NCBI GenBank assembly: GCA_964016885.1
Contig: OZ024740.1
Location: forward strand, 100,998,001 to 101,062,000
Direction: 5' to 3'
Source: Eledone cirrhosa
Taxonomy: Eukaryota
DNA: 64,000 bases
Translations under genes and position numbers: made by a program
In this document: piece after piece, positions 23,830 to 34,817 of the stretch
How the letters are laid out: every line of letters begins with the position of its first letter
Position numbering within the stretch: the first letter of the stretch is position 1
The notes under the pieces: model-generated
Seen by the model: the letters and a program-made list of their open reading frames with translations, nothing else
Databases searched by the model: none
Told to the model about the DNA's origin: nothing

Positions 23830-24110
23830 TTAATAAAGTACCAGTAATGTACTGGGTAATTGCTGGCCTTGTGCCAAAAGTAGAAACAATTATTATTATT
23901 ATTATTATTGTTCTAATGGCGGTGGATTGGCAGTATCAGTAGAGAGTCGGACGCCATGCTTTCCATCATAGTTACATCCCTTTACAATCTGATTTCAAAT
24001 CCCGCCGAGGTTGACTTTGCCTTTCATCCTTAAGGGGTCGATAAAATAAAGTACCAGTAATGCACTGGGTAATTGCTGGCCTTGTGCCTAAAGTAGAAAC
24101 AATTATTATT
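23830..24110 (+). mobile_element. tRNA-derived SINE family 2 (3' fragment plus full copy), (TTA)n tails
   Basis: GGTGGATTGGCAGTATC...TTCAAATCCCGCCGAGGTTGACTTTGCCTTTCATCCT...GTCGATAAAATAAAGTACCAG...AATTGCTGGCCTTGTGCC.AAAGTAGAAACAA(TTA)n. Confidence 0.85.
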
Positions 24111-24566
24111 GTTCTTCGAGTCTCAGTCATTGATGTTATTTAACTGGAAAGTTTGTTGAAATGAATATCAAGCCACTACCTGCAGCCTCAGACATTCAGG
24201 ATGTATCGGAGGGTTCTTGCTGTTCCCAGCAAGCATGCGATTTGAAGTGTTCCAAAAAGCGGGGCTGGACTATTTTTCTTTAACCATCCTTAGAAACTCC
24301 TTGAGATAGTACCTAGTGCTCCTATGACAATCGGGACAACCTTGATCTCATGGTTGTTCCAAATCCTTTTTAACTCCCACTTTAAGTCCTGGTATTGGTT
24401 AATTTTCTCCCTCTCCTTTTCTTGCACTCTCGTGTCAAATGGGCAGGCTACATCTACAATCAGGCACTATCTTTTTTCCTTGTCCATAACCACCAGGTCA
24501 GGCCTATTGCATTCTAATTTCTTGTCCATCTGTATCCTAATATCCCATAGCACCTTCACCTGATCG
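24104..24566 (-). mobile_element. R4/Dong-type LINE family A, 3' fragment
   Basis: Reverse complement of 37705-38160 (restriction-like endonuclease C-terminus and 3' UTR). Confidence 0.9.
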
Positions 24567-24569
24567 TTT

Positions 24570-26480
24570 TATTATTATTATTATTTTTATTTTCTTTCAT
24601 TATTGTTTCTGAGATATATGCCGAGTGTCTTCCTGACACCTAGGGCAAATAAATTCACAGTGTGCATTGGTAAGCACATTGATTATAATAATTTAAAAAA
24701 ACAGTATACACATATACACATGTGCATATGCATATGTAAATACAATGATAGATATCTATCTTACAGAGATAGTGCTCTTCTCAATACGTGTGCAGTACCA
24801 GTCAAAACAATTTTTTGCACCTCGTGCAGAGAGGGTAAACCAGGAATCATTCGCAAATATTGTTCTGTTCCTTTCTTGATCATTGCCAGTCCTCCCACAA
24901 TCACTGGTATTGTAACGGCCTTGAGGTGCCACATTTTCTCAATTTCAATAAGCAGATCTTTATATTTTTGTAGCTTGTCAAATTCTTTTGCCGCGATATT
25001 GTGATCACATGGGATGCTCATATTTATAAACAAACAGACCTTGTTATGTTGGTCTTTTATAATGTCAGGTCTATTTCCTTTTATGGTCCTGTCAGTATGT
25101 ACAGGAAAGTCCCAGAGAATTGTTACTTTTTCTCCTTCAGTTACAGCCTCAGGGTGATGGTTGTATCACTTGTCTTCAGCTTTGATTTTGTAATGCCGAC
25201 ATATTACCCAGTGTAGATATTGGTCAACTCTGTCATGTCTATATTCGTATTCTACTGGTGCTAAAACTTTACATCCAGAGACTAAGTGATCCACTGTTTC
25301 ATCCTCAGGGTTGCAGAATCGGCACTTTGGGTTTATTCCATTTCTCATCACATTGGCCTGGTAATTACGAGTCAATAAGCTTTGATCTTGGGCAGCTAAG
25401 ATGAAGCCTTCACTCTCCGCCTTTAGCTCTGAACTACGTAGCCACTGATGGGTGTGCTTTTAGAGTTTGTTGGCTACGGGCCACATATTTGCCATGCAGA
25501 GGTTTCTGCTCCCAATTTGATGCTAATTGTCCTTGCACTTTTGCTTTTGCCAGTGATTTTATGTGCCTAGCAGCATCAGTTGCAACAGTTTCTTTAGTCT
25601 GTCCAGTCTGAGTATCAAGCATGAGATCAGTAGCATATTTTTTGCTCTCCTTCAAGATAGAATGAAGCTTCTTACTTCTCTCATGCTTTTCAACAAGTTT
25701 CAGCATACAGTCGTTAGTTGTTTCAAGGTATTTGGCCAGTTCAATGATGTGGTCTTGTAAGCAAGTTCAAATTGGATCAGGCCACGGCCTCCTTGTGTTC
25801 TAGGAAGGTAAAGACGATCCACATCTGCTTTTGGGTGGTGCATCCGATTACAGGTCAGTAGCTTACAGACTTTTGTGTCGATTTCACTCATATTCCAGTT
25901 CAACACACCGAAGCTATAAGTGACAACTGGGACTGCCAAGGAATTTATGGCTAGCTCCTTGTTACAAGCATTTAGTTCTGATCTCAGAACTGCACGTACT
26001 CTCCTGTAATATTCTTTCCTTATCCTCTCTTTCATACTTGCATGCTGTATGCCAGAGTCCTCATTAATCCTTAAGTATTTATAGGTTTGTTCCTGCTCAA
26101 GTTCCTTTATGATTGTTTCAGCATCCAATTCAACTGAGTCTGAGTTGACAAGCTCTTCCTTCTTGAAAGTGGCTTTTGCACACTTGTCAAGTCCAAACTC
26201 CATCCTGATGCCATCGCTAAACGTTTTTACTGTCCGCAAAAGGCCTTCCAGTTCGTCATTATCTTTGCAATATAGCTTCAAATCATCCATATAAAATAGG
26301 TGGCTTATTTTTTGGTTGTCAATTCTATAACCATACCCTGCTCTATTAAGTTCGGATGTAAAGCTATGCAGAAAAGCAAGGGTGAAAGTGAGTCACCCTG
26401 GAATATACCACAGTTGATGTTTATATTCCTAGAGCACAGTACCACAGTGGAATGAGACAATTGGAGATTTGTGTTCCATA
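24570..26480 (-). mobile_element. R4/Dong-type LINE family B, 5'-truncated (RT motifs 4-7, CCHC finger, RLE endonuclease)
   Basis: [13 protein letters not shown]...YMDDLKLY...FGLDKCA...YKYL...GGRGL...LHGKY...CRFC...ETVDHLVSGC...YRHD...KYKDLLIEIEKMW...PVIVG; (TAA)n at both ends. Confidence 0.9.
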
Positions 26481-26525
26481 ATTATTATTATTATTTTTAT
26501 TATTATTATTATTGTTATTATTATA

Positions 26526-26943
26526 TGGACAGTGGATTGGCCGTATCGGTAGAGCATCTGAAAACAAGCTTTGCGGCATAGAGTTATGGTTCTGTACATT
26601 CTGAGTTCAAATTCCGCCGAGGTTAGCTTTGCCTTTCATCCTTATGGGGTCGATAAAATAAAGCACCATTAATGAACTGGGGTCGATTTAATCGACTTTC
26701 CCCTCCCCTTCAAATTGCTGGCCTTGTGCCTAAAGTAGAAACAACTATTATTATTATTTGTGTTAGGGTGGTGAATTGGCAGTATCGGTAGAGGGTCGGA
26801 TGCCATGCTTTCCCTTTATGGTCTGAGTTCAAATCCCGTCGAGGTTAACTTTGCCTTTCATCCTCACCGAGTCGATAAAATAAAGTACCAGTAATGAACT
26901 GGTAAATTGCTGGCCTTGTGTCAAAAGTGGAAACAATTATTAT
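26526..26943 (+). mobile_element. Two tandem SINE family 2 copies
   Basis: The same head, core and tail motifs occur twice, each ending AGAAACAA/GGAAACAA followed by (TTA)n. Confidence 0.85.
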
Positions 26944-26944
26944 T

Positions 26945-27890
26945 TGTGTTTTTCCTATTCCTTCAGTTTTGTTTTCATTTCTTGCTGAGTGTCTTCTCAA
27001 CACCTAGGGCAAAAGAACTCACTGCATACATTGATAAGCCACAGGAGAATTCAAAACAATAAATAAATAAACATACCAGATTGTTCACGACACACATTTT
27101 ACATAGTTACAAGTATATCATTTGCTTTATACATGTGCACACTATCAGCTTAAAATCACATTTACAGCAGAATGATATTCAATCACATAGCAGTGCTCAA
27201 TTATTTACAACTTCCATAATGATATAATATAATCAAATAAAGTAATGTAAAATAATTATATAGATGATTATCTTTCTCATAGTAATAGGCTCTTCGCATT
27301 ACATCTGCTGTACTAGTTCAAATATGTTTTTGAACTTCTTGCAGTGATGGTAAAGCAGAGATCATTCTCAAATCATTTTCTGTTCCTTTTCCTTTTGTTA
27401 TCATTCTAAATGCTCCTACAATTACTGGTATTGTAACCACCTTTAAATGCCACCTTCTTTTCAATTTCAATGAGCAAATCTTTATATTCTCTGAGCTTGT
27501 CAAATTCTTTTGCCTTGTGATCACATAGGAGACTCATATCAATCAATAAACAGACTTTGATATTTTGGTCTTTTCCAATAATATCCAGTCTATTAGCATT
27601 GATTGTTCTGGAAAGTCCCAAAGAATCATTACATTTTCTCCCTCAGTTACAGCCTCAGGGTGATACTTATACCACTTGTCAAAAGATTTGATTTTATAAT
27701 GCCAAAATATTAATCAGTGTAGATATTGGCCAACACTGACATATCTTGATTTATACTCTATTCGTGCTAAAACTTTATATCTAGAGATTAAGTGGTCCAG
27801 TGTTTCAACCTCATCATTGCAAAATCGGCACTATGGATCTATTTTATTTCTCATCATATTGGCTTGATAGTTCCATGTTAATAATCTTTT
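26945..27890 (-). mobile_element. Decayed R4/Dong-type LINE family B 3' part
   Basis: CRFC..ETLDHL...TINANRLDII...IDMS...KAKEFDKLREYKDLLIEIEK...PVIVG; 3' UTR GAGTGTCTTC..ACACCTAGGGCAAA shared with 24620-24650. Confidence 0.8.
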
Positions 27891-27919
27891 GTTAGTACAT
27901 TTATTATTATTATTTAAAA

Positions 27920-28135
27920 CAGTGGTAAAGTGACAGACTTATTAGAGCATCTGTGTAGCAGTATTTTTCAGGCTCTATATATCTTGAATTCAAATTCCTA
28001 TGTGGTCAACATTGTCTTTCGTCCTTATGGTACCGATAAAATAAGATACGAATCAAGAATTGGAATAGATTTAACCAACATTTCCCTTTCCGTCAAATTG
28101 CTGGACTTGTGCCAAAAGCAGAATCAATTACTATA
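27920..28135 (+). mobile_element. Diverged SINE family 2 copy
   Basis: TTCAAATTC...GGTCAAC..TG.CTTTC.TCCTTATGG..CCGATAAAATAA...AAATTGCTGGACTTGTGCCAAAAG. Confidence 0.65.
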
Positions 28136-28950
28136 ACTGAATCAATGTTGTTTTTCTAGTTGTTAGTCATATTGGAATTAGCACTTTTGTATACTAAACT
28201 TATGAATTTTAGGTCTAACCAATTTCTAAAGAATATTTTATTATATATGAATGTACATATATATATATATAATTTCTTTTTTATATATATATCTAATTTC
28301 TTTTATAACAAAAGACTGGCTAAAACCAAGAGAAATAAGAATTAATGCCTATAGTAAACAATTGCTCCCAACAATGCATTGCTAGAAAAAGGTTGGCCTT
28401 TCTACCACAGTAACAAAAATCTTATCATTGAAAAGAAATGAGCCACATCATTCATATATTGGATGCTCAACACTCTTTGATTCTTTTTCTCTTTCTTTTT
28501 TTGTCTTGTTTTTGCTTTCTTTTTTTTTGATTGCAGCAATTCTAGTAAAGAATTTGTAATAATTTGTAATATTCACATGGGCAAAGCTGTTTGTTTGTTA
28601 TTGACCTTATAAACTTCACAAACAATAGACATGCTATAATTTGTTTCGGAAATTAGTAAATTTGCAAAGGAAAAAAAGGAGAATGAAAACGGATTTCCTA
28701 AAAATAAATAAATGAAGGAATAAATAAATAAAAGTAGAAATAACCAAAAAACAAACAAATAAAAAACACTTGCATCTGCTGCAATTATCCACTAAACTAT
28801 AGTCTTTAGTTCATTTCCAGACAGCACAACATCTCATCAAACCCACGCTAAATAATCTATTGAGAAACCAACTGAAAACTAGATTTCAATAACTTTGGCA
28901 ACAAATGGGAAAGAGAGATGGAGGGAATAAAACTCTGTAAAGCCAAAACA

Positions 28951-28987
<37 letters not shown>

Positions 28988-29232
28988 TTTTCTTTATTAA
29001 CCACAAGGGTTTACATAAAGTAGACATTAAGGACAGTACAGGACAATACAGGACGGTACAAATGGGCATTTCTGCGTGTAAAAAAAAACAGAGGATGTAA
29101 TAAAATAACAAAGAAAAAATTCCCCAATAGGGGGGAGACTTCCGAGGGACATTTGTGGAGAAAGCCCATTAAAAGACCACAGTGACCCTGACCACCAGGG
29201 CAAGTGCCCTCTCCCAGTTTTCCACCTTTAAT

Positions 29233-32200
29233 TTGCAGACACATACTCAGAGTAGGCCCATTCACTCGGGCCATACTTGCTTCTCTCACCCATCTTTCAA
29301 CAAAATGCTGGGAAGAGAGCACTTCCCTCTCTACCCTGATTTTCCTTTTCAAATGAAATTTGAAAAAGTTAATCAGGGCATCACCGAAGAGGTAAGTGCT
29401 CGTCTTCAGCCCTTTCAAACGTGTCCACCATACCATCTCTTTCGCCATGGCCACCAGACAGATAAAAATTGCCTGCCCTTCCCGGCTAAAAGAAGAGGGC
29501 GGGGCAATCCTCACGATGGACTCAGCTGATAGCTGGATCCGTCCTACACGTGACAGCAGGTGTTCGACATAAACCCACAAGTCAGCAATGCTCGGACACT
29601 GGACGAGTGCGTGCAGGACGGTTTCGTCGCCCTGCTCGCATCTCGGACATGCCTGGCTGACGACACCTCCATGCCTGTAGAGTTTATCCCGAACTGGCAA
29701 AGCTCCCTGGTAGCACTGCCAGGCGAGGGATTTCTGGAAGTTGTCCATAGGCCCCGGCCCGAAAGTCCTTCCGAAGAGATTGGCTAGTTAATTCTCGTCG
29801 GCGCCTAGAGTTTCTCCAAGTACGTCGTCGCTCTTCCCCTCCACTAATCCTCTATAGAACGCCAAGGTGGCGTTTCCACCGATCACATTGCCCGATTGGT
29901 CGAGGGCTGTGAGCGCCTGAAGACATTCCAGTCTCCAAGCGCTCTCTCTCGGTCTTCGCTTGACCCAGGACTGCAGCTCCATCAAGGAGACGAGCTGGGG
30001 AAAGACGTGTCTAGCAAACGGTGACCACACCTGATCACCGTCGAGGAAGAGGTGGAGATGTCGTAGCCTGAGCGCGTGTCTGCGCATCATCAGCCACGGC
30101 ATGCCCAGCCCTCCACGTAGCGGGTGTTGACAGCAGATGGACCGCCTGACCATCGGAGCGCGTCCCTTCCACAAAAAGCGAAAGAGCAAACGCTCCAGCG
30201 CAGTCAGGCGGGGCTTAGGACAAGGTACAACGGTCAGGCGGTAGTAGATGACGGACGCGATGTACGCGTTAGCCACCTCCGCTCAACCTTTCAGGGATAG
30301 CTTCCTCTCGGCCCATTTCTGGGTGAGAGAAGCCACCCGCTCGTCACCTCGTCCCAGTTTTTGTCCGTCTGGAGGTCCGGACCGAACCAGACCCCTAGCA
30401 ATTTAACCGGTCCGTCCGTCCAGCGCCCGACGACTCTGTTGGACGGCATGGACCTGCCTCTCCAGGTGCCGAGCTGCAGGCCCAGTGACTTTTCTTGGTT
30501 GATCATTGCTCCTGGGACCGCTTCGTATTCTCTTAGTGTAGTGCCGATCGCCTCGATGTGTTTGGCGTTCGACACCACTACGGTGACATCGTCCGCATAT
30601 GCTGACACGGATCTTCCGCATCCTAGTTCGCGCGGGACCCCCCTCAACGTCTCCAGTTTGTGCAGGAATGGCTCGAGAGTCAATACGTACAAGAGGGACG
30701 AGAGGGGACATCCTCTGCGGACCGAGCGCATGATGTTGAACGGTACCGAAAGGTGACCGTTCACTCTCACCACAGAGCAGATGTCGCTGTGCATGGCAGC
30801 GATCCAGCCTCTGAAGACGGGCCCAAAGCCAGCCGCCCTCAGGACTGCCGCTAAGTAACGATGGTCGACCCTATCGAAAGCTTTCGTCTGATCTAAATTG
30901 ATCAAGGACCCACCCGTGCCAGGTTCCCTAGCTACCCTCTCTACGATGTATCGCATGAGGTGGAGGTTGTGGATGGATCTGTCGGGAATGGCGCATGTCT
31001 GCGCTTCTCCCACCAGACCACCAACGACAAGCGCCAACCTCTTTGCTAGCACCTTGGCCAAAATCTTGAACTCTGTGTTTAGCAGAGTTAAGGGCCTAAA
31101 ATTATGTATGTTATCCCCCTTGTTCGGATCCTTTCTCAGCAGCGCCACCGCTCCTCGGCTCACTGAGCTGGGATTTCTCCCCTTCTGTTGCCAGTTGCAG
31201 TAGACGTCCGCCAAGAGGCCTCCGAACAAGTCTGGCATTTGTACGTAAAGTTCATAGGGCAGACCATCCAAACCAGGCGATTTACCCCTTGTGCAGCCAG
31301 TCATTTCCTCCCCTACTTCAGCGGCTGTTATCGGCTTTTCGCAACACTCCGCCTCAGTGGCCGAGACCCGCGGCAGTCCGTCGAGGTAGACACTAAAGTC
31401 CATCCCTCGATCCGGCCCGCCGCTTCCTCCGAACAGTTGAGCGAAGTGTCGCTGAAAAGCTTCACACATTTTCCCGGGATCGAGTAGCATGCGCCCGTCG
31501 TGGTCCACCAAAGACCGAATCGTGGCTTTGTTGCCACGACGCGCCTCCGCCACTCGGGCCCATTGAACGGCTTTCGTTTGAGAGCATGCACCCTAGCTCT
31601 GACAACGCAGCCTTCGTGCTTTGCATTGTAGAATTGGTCACGAGCCAATTTCGCCGCAAGCACGTCGGTCGCGATGCCTTTGCTAAGCGCCTCGTCTAAT
31701 TTTCTAACTAGTTCTCCCTCTGCTCTATTTTTCTCTATTCCTAAAGCCTTACTAAACCTAATGGACTCTATTCTAATCGCTCTTTTCAGACCAAACCACC
31801 ACTTGTTGTTGACGATGGCCTCCGTCAACGCCCGCTTAACTAGTTCGCTAATCCAGACTCTGTAGGCCTTGCGCGCTGGTAAGGACGCGTTTTGCTTCCA
31901 GTAGCCGGCTCCTCGTCTATGAAGCCTATCTAAGTCAAGCACACAGATCACGAATTTGTGGTCCGTGTAGCTGACTATCTTGAATTGTGGACAGCCTATG
32001 CTAAACCTATCTATTTCCCTACAAAATACTTTATCTAGATATGATCTGGATGACCCTATGCGATTTGTCCAAGTCCACATTGGCACATTCTGGAAATCCA
32101 ATCGGTACCTGTCAGACAGTTCAAAATACCTGAGCAGGTTGGTGAAGCTATTGCACCCTCCTCCCCTATCCGCTAATCCCACACAGTCCCAGGGTGCATC

Positions 32201-32627
32201 TAAGATCCCGTTCCAGTCGCCCACAAACACTAAAGAGCGGGACGTTCCAAGAAAGGTCTCCAGACGCTGGAAGAAATCAGGCCGTCCTGCTCCGGTCGGC
32301 GCATAGACGGCCACTAGCCTGAAAGCTTGCCCATATCCGCTGGTCACGTCCAACACCTCCAACTTACCTTCTGGGTCCTGGAAGATGGCCCGTATGGCGA
32401 GATCCAAACCTCACCGAAAAAGCACAGCAACGATCCAGACGGCTGCGACATGCGTACACATCGTAGCCGCCGAAGATCGGTGCGAAGGCCCGTGTTTCGG
32501 AGATTCTGGTCTCGCTGATGGTCACTACATCTATGTTTAGTGACCTGAGGTCGTTGAGCAGGTGGCCCTGCTTCCATGACGACCCCAAGCCACGCGCATA
32601 TATGCTGCCTATTCTGAGTGAGGTCAT
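29233..32627 (-). pseudogene. Tx1/L1 ORF2 (APE endonuclease, reverse transcriptase, CCHC finger), frameshifted
   Basis: MTSLRIGSIYARGL...ISET...VYAP...GDWN...YLD...TDHK; KSPGLDG...FRPLTLLN...LDQTKAFDRV...GCPLS...YADD...LLGV; CPRC...ETVLHALVQC. Ancestral stop inferred at 29233-29235, where the 59048 copy has TAA. Confidence 0.9.
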
Positions 32628-32661
32628 GTTGTAATGGAGTGGAAAAGATGGGAAAGACCAC

Positions 32662-34591
32662 TTACCTTACTTCTCGTAGAGGAAGGATGGTTTCTCCATC
32701 ATTTTCACTGCTTGTGGCCTCCTCCGGAAGGATGTCCTTATAAATCCTCCTGGAGAGTGCTTGCTGGAAGTCTCCGATGTCTTTGGGGAATTTTTGTTTT
32801 AGTGTCGTGTACGTTTTCTGTGTGATGCGAGTGATTTGTAAGTGTGCAGCTGGTGTGAACTTTTGGGTTGTTGTGTAGTCTTTTTCTGTGATGCTGGTGT
32901 TGTGTTGGATGTAGTGTAATAATTGGTTGTTGTTCAAATTTAATGCTGTGTAGTGTGTATCATTTTGGTTGTTTTGTTTTGTTTGCGTTTGTTGTGGGTT
33001 TGTTTGTTTCGCTTTTGGTGACTTTTGTTGTGTAGGTGATGGTGGTGTTGGGGTTAATGATGGTGATGGTGTTGTTGTTTGTGGTGATGGGGTTGGTGAT
33101 GCTGGTTTGGATGGTGGAATATCTGTCCTAACTTTTTTGTTTGATAGTTTATTTGTTTCCCTCTGTATTTTGTTTTTTGAGGGGGAAGGAAGAGAGTTTT
33201 TTCTTTTTGGTTTTTTTTTCTTTTTCTCTTTTTTCCTGATACCGTTTCCCACTCCTCGTCGTCACAATCTGTCTCCAGTTGCGATAGGTCGGGGAGTGGA
33301 AAATCCTCAACAGGCGTTGGTTTTGGTTGTGGCGTGGTGGATGGTGTAGGCCCTGGTACTAGTTCTGGCGCGTTGGGTGCTGGTGGTGTTGGTTTTGCTA
33401 CTGTTTCTGGGGTTGTTGCTGCTACAGTTGCTTCTGTTGTTGCTGCTACAGTTGTTGTTGCCATTTTTGCTGCTGGTGGTGTTGATGGTTGAGTCACTGG
33501 GGTGGGTAAGAGAGGTGGCCTCAACCTTTTAGCCAGAAGGCAGAAAGCCCTTAGGTGGGTTCCTTCACCACAAACGACACACCTAGGCCTTCTGTCCTCG
33601 ACGATTACGGTAAGGTGGCTGCCGTCAGTGAGGTCTATTACCTCTGGGATCTCCTCAATGCTTTTTTGGCCCGCTTGGATCAGGAGCTCCATCCCAGATC
33701 CGGACCAGTTCTCCTGCTTTTCTTTCGCTATTTCGATTATCTTGGTGTTGGCCTCGATGCTAGCGAGGACGGCAGCCATTAACCAGGGAATTTCGATGGC
33801 CGGTGGAACGTGGGTCACCCTGATATTCACGAGTCTCTGGCCACAATAGCTTGGGACGAGTGTGAAGACGTCACTTCTTAATGGGGCCATGGAGTGTTCT
33901 CTGGCCTCCTGTGGTGTTTCAAAGAACACGTCCACGGTTCCATATTTCTGCCCACGTCTGATGTGGGCTTTTTTTGCCCACACATGTGCCAAAGCTTTTT
34001 GGATTTGGGACTCGGATGCCCGTTCCACTCGGCGCGATTTTATGTTAATTGTCCGATAAGACACGGTGCATAGGCGACGTTGCTCCATTTTATTAAGGGG
34101 GGGGGGGGTGAGTGAGACTGACTCTGTACCCATCTTTCTTTACCATTCCTTTGGCTTCTTCTAATTCCTCCTGAGTTACCTGGATTGCTTCGCACTTTTT
34201 TGCTACTCTGGCAAAAGACAGGGTTTTCTTATTTCATTCTTGCTGTTGTTGTTATCGTTATTTTTGTTATTGTTAATTTTAGTTTCAGTTGTGGTGGTGG
34301 TGTTCGGTGTGGAAGAGTTCATTTTGGGTGAATTCATTTCGATATCACGAGATTATTTTTTTCTTTTGTTTCTGTTGTCGCTGTGGTGGTGGTGGGAGTG
34401 GCGGCTTCAACACCTGCAGTCATTGGTAATGGTGGGAAATTAATGTCTGCCTGAGACAAATTAAAAATATTGCTACTGCTTATATTTTTAGTGTTGACAA
34501 ACGTAGTAATATTTACAATGGTGGTGTCGGTGTGAGGTGTTAGTTTGTGAGGAAAGCTCTCGGCTACTGGGTTCAGCTGTGAGTCGGCCAT
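32662..34591 (-). pseudogene. Tx1/L1 ORF1 (gag-like, CCHC zinc knuckle), frameshifted
   Basis: ATG at 34591; pieces 34334-34591, 33054-34133 and 32662-33252; SFARVA motif, CVVCGEGTHLRAFC (CX2CX4HX4C), Pro/Thr-rich linker, EEWETVSGKKRK. Confidence 0.8.
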
Positions 34592-34817
34592 GATTTATCA
34601 AAGAAATTTTTTTAAAAAATAATTATAAAAGTTTAAATTTTGGGCTCAAGGCTCTAATCTTTTTGAGTGTCCTTTTCAGAAAACAATGTATGTGCACTTA
34701 TATACAGTTAACAATAAAACTTTTCCATAAATGCCAATTTTAAGCAACTGAAAACAACAAACCTTTGCGGAGCTCACGATGATATGATTTACTACGTAGG
34801 TCGCCAATAATAATAAC

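Larger units (their letters stand above)
28986..34806 (-). mobile_element. Nearly full-length Tx1/L1-clade LINE (5' UTR, ORF1, ORF2, 3' UTR with AATAAA and (TTA)n tail)
   Basis: Two-ORF structure; ~5.8 kb bounded by (AAT)n at 28951-28986 and 34806-34816. Confidence 0.92.

Noticed and set aside
29182-34059. Plus-strand ORFs of 60-130 aa over the Tx1 element
   Set aside because: Antisense shadows of the GC-rich LINE coding sequence.
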